A stretch of DNA of 64,000 bases. It comes from an uncultured Sphingobacteriales bacterium (GTDB lineage Bacteria; Bacteroidota; Bacteroidia; CAILMK01; CAYYUA01). Of the stretch, positions 19,755-29,618 are shown one piece after another. Positions within the stretch are counted from its first letter, which is position 1. Each line of letters opens with the position of its first letter. Location: the NCBI GenBank assembly GCA_964561545.1, contig CAZLQF010000006.1, positions 177-64,176 on the forward strand, given 5' to 3'. The position numbers and the translations under genes are program-made. A model generated the notes under the pieces. The model was not told where the DNA came from. It did no database searches and saw only the letters and a list, made by a program, of their open reading frames with translations.

Positions 19755-20672
19755 TTATTCTGTTTTAACCTCTTGTTTATGTCCGGTGTAAATTTCCTCT
19801 TTATCTTTAGCTACAAATGCTGCGATTTCTGCATTCTCTATGCTAATATTACTTGGTATTTGGTAGGTATATTGTTTTTGAGTGCGCTCACCCTTTTGAG
19901 TATTACTAATTTCATCACCCCAGGTTTGGGAAAGGAAATCTCTTAAAACATCATCATGAATAAATTCATTATCTTTACCCGACTGAGTATCTTGGGTAGC
20001 GTTAATACCATCCTCTAAAATGACTACAGTCAGTTTATTAGCGCCTTCTATATCTTCAGTATAATAAACTTCTGCTTTGACGGTAAGTTCTCTGGTATCC
20101 TTATCCAATTCAGTTTGGATTCCAACATTAACAGGAGATGATTGATTAAGAATAGTTTCAACATTTGAGCTCCATTGGCCTCTTCCCATAGCTAATTGGC
20201 TTCCTCCAAAATCATGACGGTTGATGGCACCGGAAGGATAACCGGCATCACCAGCACCGCAATATTGAAGCACCGTAGAACCTTGATCAATTACCAAATC
20301 AGGATCCCCTGAATAAGGATCTGAAAGATACCCACCATGAATGGCGATCATAAAAAAGGATTCTGGGTAGTCATCCTTAATATTTTGCGCTCTTCTCTTT
20401 CCATCCGGGCAAAAAGGACATCGAACACCTGTAAATTCCTCTAAAATAGCGGTTCTATCAGTAGGTATTGTATCTGTAATGTAATTGCAGCTACCATCAT
20501 CCTGAGTTGCTGCTGAGTCATAATTTATAGCAATTGGATCGGTGCATCCCTTTTTTGCTTCCGTATTGTTGTTACCACCATTTAATGTACCGGAAGTACT
20601 GTCATCTTCGTCTTTACTGCAGGCTGAAAAAAGAACTGCAAATGCTGCTAATGTAAATACTAAATTTCTCAT
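19755..20672 (-). CDS. Omp28-related outer-membrane lipoprotein with thioredoxin-like CxxC
   Basis: Lipobox FSAC, LEEFTGVRCPFCP, GYPSGAINR, HDDVLR; GCTDP...NY...ATQDDGSC module. Confidence 0.88.
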   Translation of the reverse strand: MRNLVFTLAAFAVLFSACSKDEDDSTSGTLNGGNNNTEAKKGCTDPIAINYDSAATQDDGSCNYITDTIPTDRTAILEEFTGVRCPFCPDGKRRAQNIKDDYPESFFMIAIHGGYLSDPYSGDPDLVIDQGSTVLQYCGAGDAGYPSGAINRHDFGGSQLAMGRGQWSSNVETILNQSSPVNVGIQTELDKDTRELTVKAEVYYTEDIEGANKLTVVILEDGINATQDTQSGKDNEFIHDDVLRDFLSQTWGDEISNTQKGERTQKQYTYQIPSNISIENAEIAAFVAKDKEEIYTGHKQEVKTE

Positions 20673-20737
20673 GGCTTTTATTTTTTTCGCTAAATTACTA
20701 TAAATTTTTGGAAATCAAAACACTATTGCATCACCTT

Positions 20738-21148
20738 TTAACTGTAAACGGTAGCTACTATTTTCCTTGAACTACCATGATTTCTTAGCTCACAAAGATA
20801 GATACCTTGCCAGGTGCCAAAATTTAATTGGCCATTAGTAATAGGGACGGTGTAAGCAAACCCAATCATAGCGCCTTTCACATGGGAAGGCATGTCGTCA
20901 GGTCCTTCCTGCGTATGGGTATATTCTGGTTGATTTTCCGGTATTAATTTATTCATGATGGTTTCAAAATCTTTTCTTACAGCTGGATCCGCATTTTCAT
21001 TGATGGTTAAAGCGGCTGAAGTATGCTTGATAAAAAGGTTCATCAAACCCTGATCAGGTAAGGGTCCAATTTGGTTTAAAATTTCCCGGGTTACCAAATG
21101 AAACCCCCTTGGATGGGGCTTTAGCTTAATCTCAAATTGCTCTACCAT
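20738..21148 (-). CDS. yjbQ: YjbQ / UPF0047 family protein
   Basis: HTSAALTINENADP, EGPDDMPSHVK, GTWQGIYLCE. Confidence 0.95.
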   Translation of the reverse strand: MVEQFEIKLKPHPRGFHLVTREILNQIGPLPDQGLMNLFIKHTSAALTINENADPAVRKDFETIMNKLIPENQPEYTHTQEGPDDMPSHVKGAMIGFAYTVPITNGQLNFGTWQGIYLCELRNHGSSRKIVATVYS

Positions 21149-21201
21149 GCTTCAAAGTTTATACCTCAAAAAGGCGTAGTTCAAAATTAAACAAACAGCA
21201 A

Positions 21202-24054
21202 TTAATAGTTGAAAACCGTTTCAAGGTCGAGTTCTTGTAATTTTCCCAAGGCATTAAGTTCATTGAGGTCCAAGTGTTCCTTACTTCCCAATATCAGGTA
21301 ATTGAAATATTTACCTTTAATATGTTGGTCAAAGAACATTTTAATGGCGTTAAAGTCAAGCGATTGAACGGTTTCATAGATTTCTTTTCTTAAGTCATAA
21401 TCCAATCCTCGCTTTCTGGCCTCTTCATAAGTCCAAAAGATTTCCGGGCCGTTGACACGTTCCGATTCAAGCCTTTTTAAAACAGCTCCTTTGGCACCAT
21501 CAAATTGTTCTTTGGCATAGGGCAAGTCTCCCATTAAGTCTTCTAAAGCGCTCAATGCTTCTTTTAGTTTGTCGGACTGGGTACCTACATAACCGATAAC
21601 GTAATGAGAATCCTGTTTTTCGTGAGGTGTTGTAAGGAAGGAGAAAGCAGCATAAGCCAAGGCTTTGGATTCTCTTATTTCCTGAAAGACAATGGATGAA
21701 AGCCCTCCTCCAAAATACTCATTCAGGAGCATGATATAGGGTACGTTGGCTTTATTGAAGGTTTCATCCCTTGATACCAAGACCATCTCGGATTGCACCA
21801 TGTCGTAATCCACCAAATAGACATCATTTTGATCGAAAGTTTTTTCTTTAAACTGTTGCTTTTGGGGGATTGGCTTTAAATGATCGAACTGCGGATGGTA
21901 TTGCTGGGTAATAGATTTGACTTGCGAAGGTGGCATCTGGCCATAATAAAATATCCGGTGCGGATACTGATTCAAGGATTTGATGTAATCCACCAGATGC
22001 TGTGGATCTAATTTGTACAATTGTTCATTGCTAAGGCGGTAAGAAAACGGGTTGGTAGGCCCGTATTTTGCATAGTTCAGGAGTGCTTCTTTAAGGATAA
22101 CATTTTTATCCGATTTCGTGTCCTCCCGTTTTTTGAGGATGTTGGCGATCAGGGATTTAAATGTTTGATCATTTGGCTGGGCATTGGCCAAAAGGTGTTC
22201 AAAAAGCTTAATACCAGCTTCAAGGTTTTCTTCAAGCCCCTCTAAGTGGACTTGAATTTGATCTTTTGTTACAGAAACATCGAAACTTAAGCCCAACCTG
22301 AAAAATTCTTTATGAACCTCTTGCGGACTCATGTCGTAGGCACCTAAAAAAGGTAAATATCTGATAGCCACAGGTAATACAGGGTCATGAATCCGGCCCA
22401 TATCAAATATGTAATACAACTTAAATGTTTCATTCAAGTTGTTTTGCACGTAATAAAAAGGAATTTGATCGTTGAATTGATCTTGGTAAAGGTCCTCCTC
22501 AAAATTAAGGAATTGCGGCTCCAAAGCCTCTACTTTCAAGGCTTCAACCTCCTTAAAAAAACTGGATTGATCCTCGCGATTCAGCTTTAATGGTGTAATA
22601 GGGGGCTTTTCAATTCTAAATGTATCCGGATCTTCTCCTTGATGCTTAAAGACCGCTACGTAATTATCATTAAGGTTTTCATTGGCAAAGGCAATGACAT
22701 CTTCTTTAGTAATGGTTTCAAGCTTGTTGATTTCATTGACGTAATCCTGCCAATCAACGCCATTGGTAAATGCATCTACAAAAGCCTCGGATCGGCCTTG
22801 GTTACTTTCATATTGCTGGATCTGTTTAAGCTTAAGGTCATTGATGACGGCCTCAATGAGCCAATCATCGAAATTACCCTGTTTAATATTTTCAACCTGT
22901 TCAAGTATGTGCTGCTTTACTTGCTCAAGGTTTTGGTCCTGATGAGGAACGCCATTTAATAAAAGAATTGAATGGTCTTCAAGACCCAAATAACCTCCAA
23001 ATGCCTCCATCACTTGCTGGTTTTGGTTAAGGTTGAGGTCAATTAAGCCGGCTCTTTGGTTGTAAAGCAAACTACCAATCACTCTTAAAACCCTACTTTC
23101 ATAACTACCAAAACCATCAGCTTTGTAAGCCATAGTAAGATTGGCAGCTTCGTTACCCCAAACGGCCGTTTGAACAGAATTCGTCAAATGAGGCTCTTTG
23201 GGTTTTTTCCGATCAGGTAGTTTTCCTGGTTTGTAATCGCCAAAATATTGATCTATGAGCTCTACCGTTTGATCCGGGTCAAGATCTCCTGACAGGCAAA
23301 TGGCCATATTATTGGGCACATAATAGGTGTTGAAGAAATCGTAAACCGCTTGCATAGAAGGGTTTTTAAGATGTTCGGGCTTACCAATGCTGGGCTGTCT
23401 TCCGTAATTGTGCTCTAAGAAAAGGGCATCGAAAAGGGCATCAAAAACTTTAATTTTGTCAGAGTCCTGGTTGCGCATGTTATACTCCTCGTAAACGGTT
23501 TCCAGCTCGGTATGAAATAACCGGAGCACCAGCTTTCTAAACCTTTCGCTTTCAATTTTAAGCCACCGACTAAGCTCATTGGAAGGTATGTCATTCATGA
23601 ATACCGTTTGATCAAACGCTGTATAAGCATTGGTATTTTTAGCCCCGATCATGGAAATAAGCTTATCGTATTCATTGGGAATAGCGTAAGATGCAGCTTC
23701 GTAGGATAGCTCATCTATGCGCGTATAAAGTCTTTTCTTTTCCTCAGGATCTGATGTTTGCCGGTGTTTTTCGTACAATTCTGTAATTTCATTGATTAGT
23801 GGTCCTTCTTCTTCCCAGTTGTTGGTACCAATACGATCAGACCCTTTAAACATCATGTGTTCAAGGTAATGAGCCAACCCTGTTGTATCATCAGGGTCGT
23901 CTTTAAAACCCGCCTTTACCGCTATATGGGTTTGGATCCTGGGTTCATTTTTATTAACGGTTAAATAAATTTTTAAACCATTGTCCAGGGTATAGATTCT
24001 TGTATTAAGTGGGTCATTGGCTATGGTTTGATATTGCCTTGCTGTTTTTGTCAT
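21202..24054 (-). CDS. M16 family zinc metallopeptidase (insulinase-like)
   Basis: GLAHYLEHMMFKGS (HxxEH), NAYT, C-terminal EIRESKALAY. Confidence 0.95.
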   Translation of the reverse strand: MTKTARQYQTIANDPLNTRIYTLDNGLKIYLTVNKNEPRIQTHIAVKAGFKDDPDDTTGLAHYLEHMMFKGSDRIGTNNWEEEGPLINEITELYEKHRQTSDPEEKKRLYTRIDELSYEAASYAIPNEYDKLISMIGAKNTNAYTAFDQTVFMNDIPSNELSRWLKIESERFRKLVLRLFHTELETVYEEYNMRNQDSDKIKVFDALFDALFLEHNYGRQPSIGKPEHLKNPSMQAVYDFFNTYYVPNNMAICLSGDLDPDQTVELIDQYFGDYKPGKLPDRKKPKEPHLTNSVQTAVWGNEAANLTMAYKADGFGSYESRVLRVIGSLLYNQRAGLIDLNLNQNQQVMEAFGGYLGLEDHSILLLNGVPHQDQNLEQVKQHILEQVENIKQGNFDDWLIEAVINDLKLKQIQQYESNQGRSEAFVDAFTNGVDWQDYVNEINKLETITKEDVIAFANENLNDNYVAVFKHQGEDPDTFRIEKPPITPLKLNREDQSSFFKEVEALKVEALEPQFLNFEEDLYQDQFNDQIPFYYVQNNLNETFKLYYIFDMGRIHDPVLPVAIRYLPFLGAYDMSPQEVHKEFFRLGLSFDVSVTKDQIQVHLEGLEENLEAGIKLFEHLLANAQPNDQTFKSLIANILKKREDTKSDKNVILKEALLNYAKYGPTNPFSYRLSNEQLYKLDPQHLVDYIKSLNQYPHRIFYYGQMPPSQVKSITQQYHPQFDHLKPIPQKQQFKEKTFDQNDVYLVDYDMVQSEMVLVSRDETFNKANVPYIMLLNEYFGGGLSSIVFQEIRESKALAYAAFSFLTTPHEKQDSHYVIGYVGTQSDKLKEALSALEDLMGDLPYAKEQFDGAKGAVLKRLESERVNGPEIFWTYEEARKRGLDYDLRKEIYETVQSLDFNAIKMFFDQHIKGKYFNYLILGSKEHLDLNELNALGKLQELDLETVFNY

Positions 24055-24360
24055 AACTAGTTTTTATTTGTTAAACTCCAATAATGAATTGCTTAAAACT
24101 TATTTTGAATGCCAATTTTTAACAAATCGTGTAAATAACCGTTGCGGTTCATTTTGCTTTTCAATATTTCTTTTTCAATCCTTACCTCGCAAAATTGGAT
24201 CCTATAGGTAGGCAAATAGCTACACCATGATTTGTTTTACTATACAATTTTAGCGTTAAAGCAGATTCAGGATTTTCAAATAAGCTCCATAATCCTGAAT
24301 TAACCAAAATCAACCCTTTACCTTCTATTGTTTAAGGCTTATTCCTTAACCAACAAACGG

Positions 24361-26154
24361 CTACATTCGTTCAGGCACTTCAATGCCGAGTAATTCCATC
24401 GATTTCTTGATGGTAAGCGCCACATCCCAAGCCAATGCAATTCTAAATTGAAGCGTGTTTTCATCCTCCTCACCAAGAATGGTATGTTCATGGTAGAATT
24501 TATTGAACAATTTGGCGAGGTTGAAACCATAATCAGCAATTAATGAGGGTGCATAACCACGTTCAGCATTGGCCAATTGACCATTGAAGCGGTAAAGGGA
24601 TCGTATAAGCTCTTTTTCTTCTTCATTTAAGGCGACCTGGTCATGGTCAAAGCTCCCGTTAATAGAAACACCTTTGGATTCAGCCTTTCTCATAATGGAT
24701 TTAATCCTTGCGTAAGAATATTGAATAAAAGGCCCGGTGGCCCCCTGAAAATCAATTGACTCTTCAGGTTTAAAAAGGATGTTTTTTTGAGGTTCGGTTT
24801 TTAAAATGTAAAATTTTAAAGCTCCTAACCCTATTTGCCGATAAAGGTTTTGCAGTTCTATACTGGTAATTCCTTCAAGCTTTCCGGAAGCTTCTGTTTG
24901 TTCTTGAGCCGTTGCTTCCATTTGCTCCATAAGATCATCTGCGTCTACTACCGTGCCTTCTCGCGATTTCATTTTTCCTGTAGGAAGGTCAACCATACCA
25001 TAAGGTACATGAACAACACCATTTGCATAGGTTTTATTAAGTTTTTGAAGTACTAATTTTAATACATTGAAATGGTAATCCTGTTCATTACCTACAATGT
25101 ACATGGATTGGTCCATTTGATAATCCTCAAACTTCTTTTCTGCAGTACCAATATCCTGCGTCATGTAAACTGAGGTGCCGTCAGAGCGAAGTAGTAATTT
25201 TTCATCCAATCCTTCATCTACTAGATCAACCCACACCGAACCGTCTTCCTTTTTGTAAAATATGCCATCTTCCAGGCCCTTGATCACGATATCCCGACCC
25301 TTTAAATAGGTATCGGATTCATAGTAGTATTGATCAAAATCAACACCCATATGCTTATAGGTTTCTTCAAAACCCTTATACACCCAATTGTTCATGGTAC
25401 GCCAGAGCTCGAGAACTTCAGGATCCCCGTTTTCCCATCGTTGTAATAGCTGTTGAGCTTCTAATAGAATGGGGGCATTTTGCTTGGCCTCTTCTACTGT
25501 AGCTCCTTGATGGGCCATGGTTTCCATCTCCTTGCTGTAGGCTTCATCAAAAAGGGTATAAAACTTCCCCACAAAATGATCTCCTTTTTCACCTGTATTT
25601 TCCGGCGTTTCATTATTACCGTATTTCAAATAAGCGATCATGCTTTTGCAGACGTTAATTCCGCGGTCATTAATAAGATTGGCTTTAATCACATCATGGC
25701 CCCTTGCTTTTAAAATCTCTGATATGGAATACCCTAAAAGGTTATTTCGTATATGGCCAAGATGAAGCGGTTTATTGGAGTTGGGGGATGAATATTCAAC
25801 CATGATCTTTTGTGGGTTCGGATTTGCTTCGATGGTCAAATCATTGTTTTGACACATTTCCCGAACAAAATCAACCCAAAATTGATCATGAATGGTAAGG
25901 TTCAAAAACCCTTTAACAACTGAAAAATCGGTTATTTCTTTGACTTGATCTACCAAATATTGACCGATTGAATTGCCGGCTTCCTCTGGTTTGGTGTTTA
26001 ACGTTTTAAGCAATGGGAAGATTACAATGGTTTGATCGCCTTCGAACGCTTTCTTGGTTTCTTGCAATTGTATTTCTGAGGGCTCAATTATTACTTCAAA
26101 AAGGTTTTTGATGGCTTCTGAAGCATGGTTTCTCAGTAAATCGTGTAAATACAT
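24361..26154 (-). CDS. argS: Arginine--tRNA ligase
   Basis: VEYSSPNSNKPLHLGH, KMKSREG, GPFIQYSYARI, C-terminal PERM. Confidence 0.98.
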   Translation of the reverse strand: MYLHDLLRNHASEAIKNLFEVIIEPSEIQLQETKKAFEGDQTIVIFPLLKTLNTKPEEAGNSIGQYLVDQVKEITDFSVVKGFLNLTIHDQFWVDFVREMCQNNDLTIEANPNPQKIMVEYSSPNSNKPLHLGHIRNNLLGYSISEILKARGHDVIKANLINDRGINVCKSMIAYLKYGNNETPENTGEKGDHFVGKFYTLFDEAYSKEMETMAHQGATVEEAKQNAPILLEAQQLLQRWENGDPEVLELWRTMNNWVYKGFEETYKHMGVDFDQYYYESDTYLKGRDIVIKGLEDGIFYKKEDGSVWVDLVDEGLDEKLLLRSDGTSVYMTQDIGTAEKKFEDYQMDQSMYIVGNEQDYHFNVLKLVLQKLNKTYANGVVHVPYGMVDLPTGKMKSREGTVVDADDLMEQMEATAQEQTEASGKLEGITSIELQNLYRQIGLGALKFYILKTEPQKNILFKPEESIDFQGATGPFIQYSYARIKSIMRKAESKGVSINGSFDHDQVALNEEEKELIRSLYRFNGQLANAERGYAPSLIADYGFNLAKLFNKFYHEHTILGEEDENTLQFRIALAWDVALTIKKSMELLGIEVPERM

Positions 26155-26175
26155 ACCATTGTTTTATGAATGTAG

Positions 26176-26183
26176 CAAATTTA
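26176..26183 (-). promoter_or_regulatory. -7 box (TAAATTTG) for argS
   Basis: TAnnTTTG about 20 nt upstream of the ATG. Confidence 0.65.
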
Positions 26184-26263
26184 GGAGTTAAAGCGGGATC
26201 TTTTTGTAAAACAGTGGCTTATTTAGGGTTTAGCTTGTGAGATTACAAGTACGCGTAGACCAA

Positions 26264-27118
26264 TCAATTAAGCGTGACCGTATTGTGAAGGCCTAAGCTG
26301 AATAAAATTATAAATAAGATCATAAGCCCCACACTGATAACCATCCATCTGATGGCTGAATCATCCCTTGGTAATTTAATAGTGTACCGAACAAAACCTT
26401 GCCTAAGTAAAGAGGGGACAATTAAAATGAGAATGAAAAGCTGAATTAGCGTTTCATGTAAAGCATAACATTCAAATCCAACTTCACAATTTGAAAACAT
26501 GATATTGGTTATAATAAACCCAAAAAGCCAGGGCAACAAGTAAGCACCGATCAAGTATTTAATGCGGTGTTCAGGTTTAGTAAGCGAACTAGAAAATGAA
26601 GTTCTTAGCATGGGCAATGTAAGAAACAAACTGATTGCAAACATTGCAACGATGCAAATAACTATTATTAAGTACTTAATAAATGAAGGCATCATTAACC
26701 AACTTATAAAATAGTAAAAACCATGCTCCATTAAACTGCCCAATCCCAAACCACCAAAAAACCGGTTTATACCATGAATACCAAGCCAAAGTAAAAACCA
26801 TTTTGGCAATCCTTTTTGTTTACGGTATACATTGAATATTACCAAACTAACACCAGCTATGAAAAGATTAATTATGGGACCTATCCCATAAGATAAGAAG
26901 ACATTTCCCAAATTCCAATTACTATGACCCCCCGTCCAATTAACACCTTGAAGAGAGAATTGAGAGGTTATCTCATTAAAATTGGCAAAAATGGGAATGG
27001 GTAAGTAGGCGATTGTATAAGTTAAAACATAAGTAACAACGTAAACACTAGTTGAAATGGCAAATGAAACCAAAAGATTCCTTACCACTTTAGGTGACCA
27101 TCCCTCTAACATAGACAA
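26264..27118 (-). CDS. Hypothetical integral membrane protein (about 7 TM)
   Basis: 284-aa hydrophobic ORF; no family recognised. Confidence 0.75.
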   Translation of the reverse strand: MSMLEGWSPKVVRNLLVSFAISTSVYVVTYVLTYTIAYLPIPIFANFNEITSQFSLQGVNWTGGHSNWNLGNVFLSYGIGPIINLFIAGVSLVIFNVYRKQKGLPKWFLLWLGIHGINRFFGGLGLGSLMEHGFYYFISWLMMPSFIKYLIIVICIVAMFAISLFLTLPMLRTSFSSSLTKPEHRIKYLIGAYLLPWLFGFIITNIMFSNCEVGFECYALHETLIQLFILILIVPSLLRQGFVRYTIKLPRDDSAIRWMVISVGLMILFIILFSLGLHNTVTLN

Positions 27119-27566
27119 CTGTTTTACAATTTAAAGGCTCATTTATAGCCTTTTAAACCATTTCAAAAATACCTTCAAAAATAATTTTTGCCAATTTATG
27201 ATAATCATCCAAGAATTAAGAAAGCAAGTTTTGGTATTGAATCAATCTTGTTTATCTGCTACTAATTTTTATACTTCAATCAAATTGAATGCTTACAGAA
27301 TAGAAAATTTAACCATCCGTTGTTGGGCTAAAACATGTCCCTAATTTTCAGAAAATGAGAAGAGATGGCCTATTGCCTTTGCTTTCTCTATACGTAATGC
27401 AAACGAAATTCAAATGTATAAAAAACATTGAAGCTTAAGCAATACTCTGATGTATTGGTGTTTTTTTTACAACCCTATTGTAATTGCCCCCTTGATCCAG
27501 ACAACCGGTCAGCTCCCCAGCTTGCTTATTGCCTTTTGCGGAATTGGAAAGGAGGTAAAGGCTTTG

Positions 27567-27737
27567 CTAATGTAACTGGCCAGTGATGGAAGTGGGCAAA
27601 GTAGTAATGTTATTCTGAGAAGCATAATGGGCTATTTTAAAGAAATGGTTTTCTCTAATTTTAACCCTTACGAAAATTGGGGAAGCTTACCGTTTTCTTG
27701 TATACCCTTTTTCTAAATAAAAATTAACGCTCGGCAT
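27567..27737 (-). pseudogene. Probable N-terminal remnant of a Bacteroidota tyrosine integrase (arm-DNA-binding domain)
   Basis: MPSVNFYLEKGYTRKR*ASPIFVRVKIRENHFFKI with an in-frame TAA at 27687-27689; resembles the FYL.K...PIY.R. pattern; lies downstream of the tRNA-Arg 3' end in the same orientation. Confidence 0.55.
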
Positions 27738-27779
27738 CTGTATGTAACTTTACTAATACATTCAGATTTATATACAGGT
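27736..27779. repeat. Three imperfect 11-bp repeats (consensus TACATACAGAT), possible integrase arm-type sites
   Basis: Inverted copy at 27736-27746; tandem copies TACATTCAGAT at 27757-27767 and TATATACAGGT at 27769-27779. Confidence 0.5.
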
Positions 27780-27822
27780 AGCCATTGTTTTTGATGTTTT
27801 TAGCTTGTTTTTGTTGGTTTAT

Positions 27823-27859
27823 AAAAAAGCCATTTAGTTACTCATTTTTGGGCTTTTTT
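27823..27859 (-). terminator. Terminator-like inverted repeat downstream of tRNA-Arg
   Basis: AAAAAAGCC...GGCTTTTTT with a long loop. Confidence 0.5.
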
Positions 27860-27879
27860 GTTTTCGTTTATTTTGTAGA

Positions 27880-27955
27880 TGGTGACCCCACCAGGACTCG
27901 AACCTGGATTTGAAGCTTAGGAGGCTCCTGTTCTATCCAGTTGAACTATGGGGCC
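27880..27955 (-). tRNA. tRNA-Arg (CCT) with encoded CCA
   Basis: GGCCCCA...GGAGC-CTCCTAA-GCTTC...CCAGGTTCGAGTCCTGG-TGGGGTC-A-CCA. Confidence 0.97.
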
Positions 27956-28142
27956 GAATAGACGTACAAAAATACAGCTTTATTAACATTACTATCTATA
28001 TTCTTCTTTTTACTTAAATGAAAAAGCCTTATGTAAATGCTGAAAACCCATCTTGTATTTGCAAAATTTCAGAGGGTTGATGGAATTTAATTAAACATCT
28101 ACTATGATTGGCGTTTTTAATGAAAACGATAAGTACTATATT

Positions 28143-28559
28143 TTAATTTGATCCATCCCTGTGGATACTTGAGTCTATCGAATATTTACCAGGGCCTGTA
28201 AAAGCCATAGCTACGAACGGTATAGCATACAACAGGGCAAATTCCTTTTTGCTGAAAGGATCATCCCAATGGATAACAAAAGCTGCGGTAAGCATGGTTA
28301 TGGTTAACGGGATAATTGCTAATCTGGTATAGATTCCTAACATTAACGCTAAAGCACAAAAAAATTCTGCAAAAACAGTTAGCGCCAAACTGACTTCATT
28401 CCCTAATCCAATCGGATCAGGAAACTCATTCATTTTCTGATTAAATCCAATTAGTTTGGGCAGGCCATGGTTAACAAGCATCATTCCTCCCATCATAACC
28501 CTTAAAAGCAAAAGGCCTATATGATACTTCCATGAAGAAAGGTTCTCTGGGTTCGGCAT
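28143..28559 (-). CDS. DoxX family membrane protein
   Basis: LLLLR...HGLPKL, AEFFC..LGIYTRLA, GPGKYSID. Confidence 0.92.
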   Translation of the reverse strand: MPNPENLSSWKYHIGLLLLRVMMGGMMLVNHGLPKLIGFNQKMNEFPDPIGLGNEVSLALTVFAEFFCALALMLGIYTRLAIIPLTITMLTAAFVIHWDDPFSKKEFALLYAIPFVAMAFTGPGKYSIDSSIHRDGSN

Positions 28560-28624
28560 AAAAAAGGGGTTTCAAGGTTACAAATATAACCTTAACACCC
28601 TTTTAAACCAAATAAGAACGTTGC

Positions 28625-29017
28625 TTACGAGTTTTTTTCCAAGCCTTCGTTACGCTCGAGCAGTTCTATTATCTTGTCTTTAGAACTTACTTCCTGTTTT
28701 AGGTAGTAATTCTCACTTTGAATCATTTCAAGCTCGTTTTTACAACGCTCAAGTTCAATTTCAGCTTCCGAACGCTTGTCTTCATCTTCGTCCTCGTTGA
28801 GCCACTTTGGCTCAGTCCCACGCATTAACCAATTTGCATTTAAATTTTGGAAAGTGTCGAAAATGTTTAACAACACGCCCAAACTTGGGTTGGTGGTTCC
28901 CTTTACAGCGTTGGAAATGTTTTTAGCGTTATTGCCCGTTTTCTGGGCAAACGAAGTCTGATTCATTCCAAGACTTTTGATCAATTCGCGTAATCTTAAT
29001 GATAAGTCCCCTTCCAT
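28625..29017 (-). CDS. XRE-family HTH regulator (CI-like N-domain plus coiled coil)
   Basis: RLRELIKSLGMNQTSFAQKTG...NISN; LNANWLMRG; C-terminal KDKIIELLE heptads. Confidence 0.88.
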   Translation of the reverse strand: MEGDLSLRLRELIKSLGMNQTSFAQKTGNNAKNISNAVKGTTNPSLGVLLNIFDTFQNLNANWLMRGTEPKWLNEDEDEDKRSEAEIELERCKNELEMIQSENYYLKQEVSSKDKIIELLERNEGLEKNS

Positions 29018-29100
29018 AAATAAAATTATTTTAAGAAATTTTTTCCCATTTTCAAATTTTTATTTTAATTTTAATCCATGTATTACGTAACAAGACAAAT

Positions 29101-29120
29101 TTATGACAAATTATGACAAA
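29101..29120 (+). repeat. Perfect 10-bp tandem repeat TTATGACAAA x2 overlapping the start codon at 29113
   Basis: Read directly; a partial third copy GACAAA lies at 29094-29099. Confidence 0.6.
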
Positions 29121-29418
29121 ATATCAAAAAACTTACCCAAATAATTCGAATCAATCTTACAAATACCACGTCCACAGCTACCTCCAAAAACTGCCTAAAG
29201 AGGATTTTGACTATGTCAACACCCATTTACCAGCTTATTTGGGGATCAGCAAACGACAATGGGAACGCTACAAAAATTACACCTTGTTAGATACATCTGA
29301 AATTGCGCCTTCCAAACTAAAAAAGATTGCTGATACCTTATCTCATTTTTTGGACCAAAAAATTCACCTTGAGGATTTAATGAAATATCCTAAAAATGAA
29401 TTTCTAACCAAAAGCTAA
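29113..29418 (+). CDS. Small HTH-like (Cro-like) protein divergent from the XRE regulator
   Basis: LPAYLGISKRQWERY HTH-like segment and KLKKIADTL; 101 aa. Confidence 0.65.
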   Translation: MTKYQKTYPNNSNQSYKYHVHSYLQKLPKEDFDYVNTHLPAYLGISKRQWERYKNYTLLDTSEIAPSKLKKIADTLSHFLDQKIHLEDLMKYPKNEFLTKS

Positions 29419-29565
29419 TTTTATTAACAAGTGAACCTAATTTTTGTGCTAAAAGTTCTAAAATAATTTTTATTTTTCTTTTTTCTTACTTGTTTTGCTA
29501 AATGAGCCAATATTACACGAAGTAATAAAGGCCATTAAGGGTTTGATTTGCCAAACGTAAAACGT

Positions 29566-29592
29566 AAAAAAAGGGAGACTTACGCCTCCCTT
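29566..29592 (-). terminator. Intrinsic terminator of the atp operon
   Basis: AAGGGAGGC-GTAA-GTCTCCCTT running into a T-tract on the minus strand. Confidence 0.85.
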
Positions 29593-29618
29593 CATTCAAA
29601 TAGCAATAGATTTTTGGT

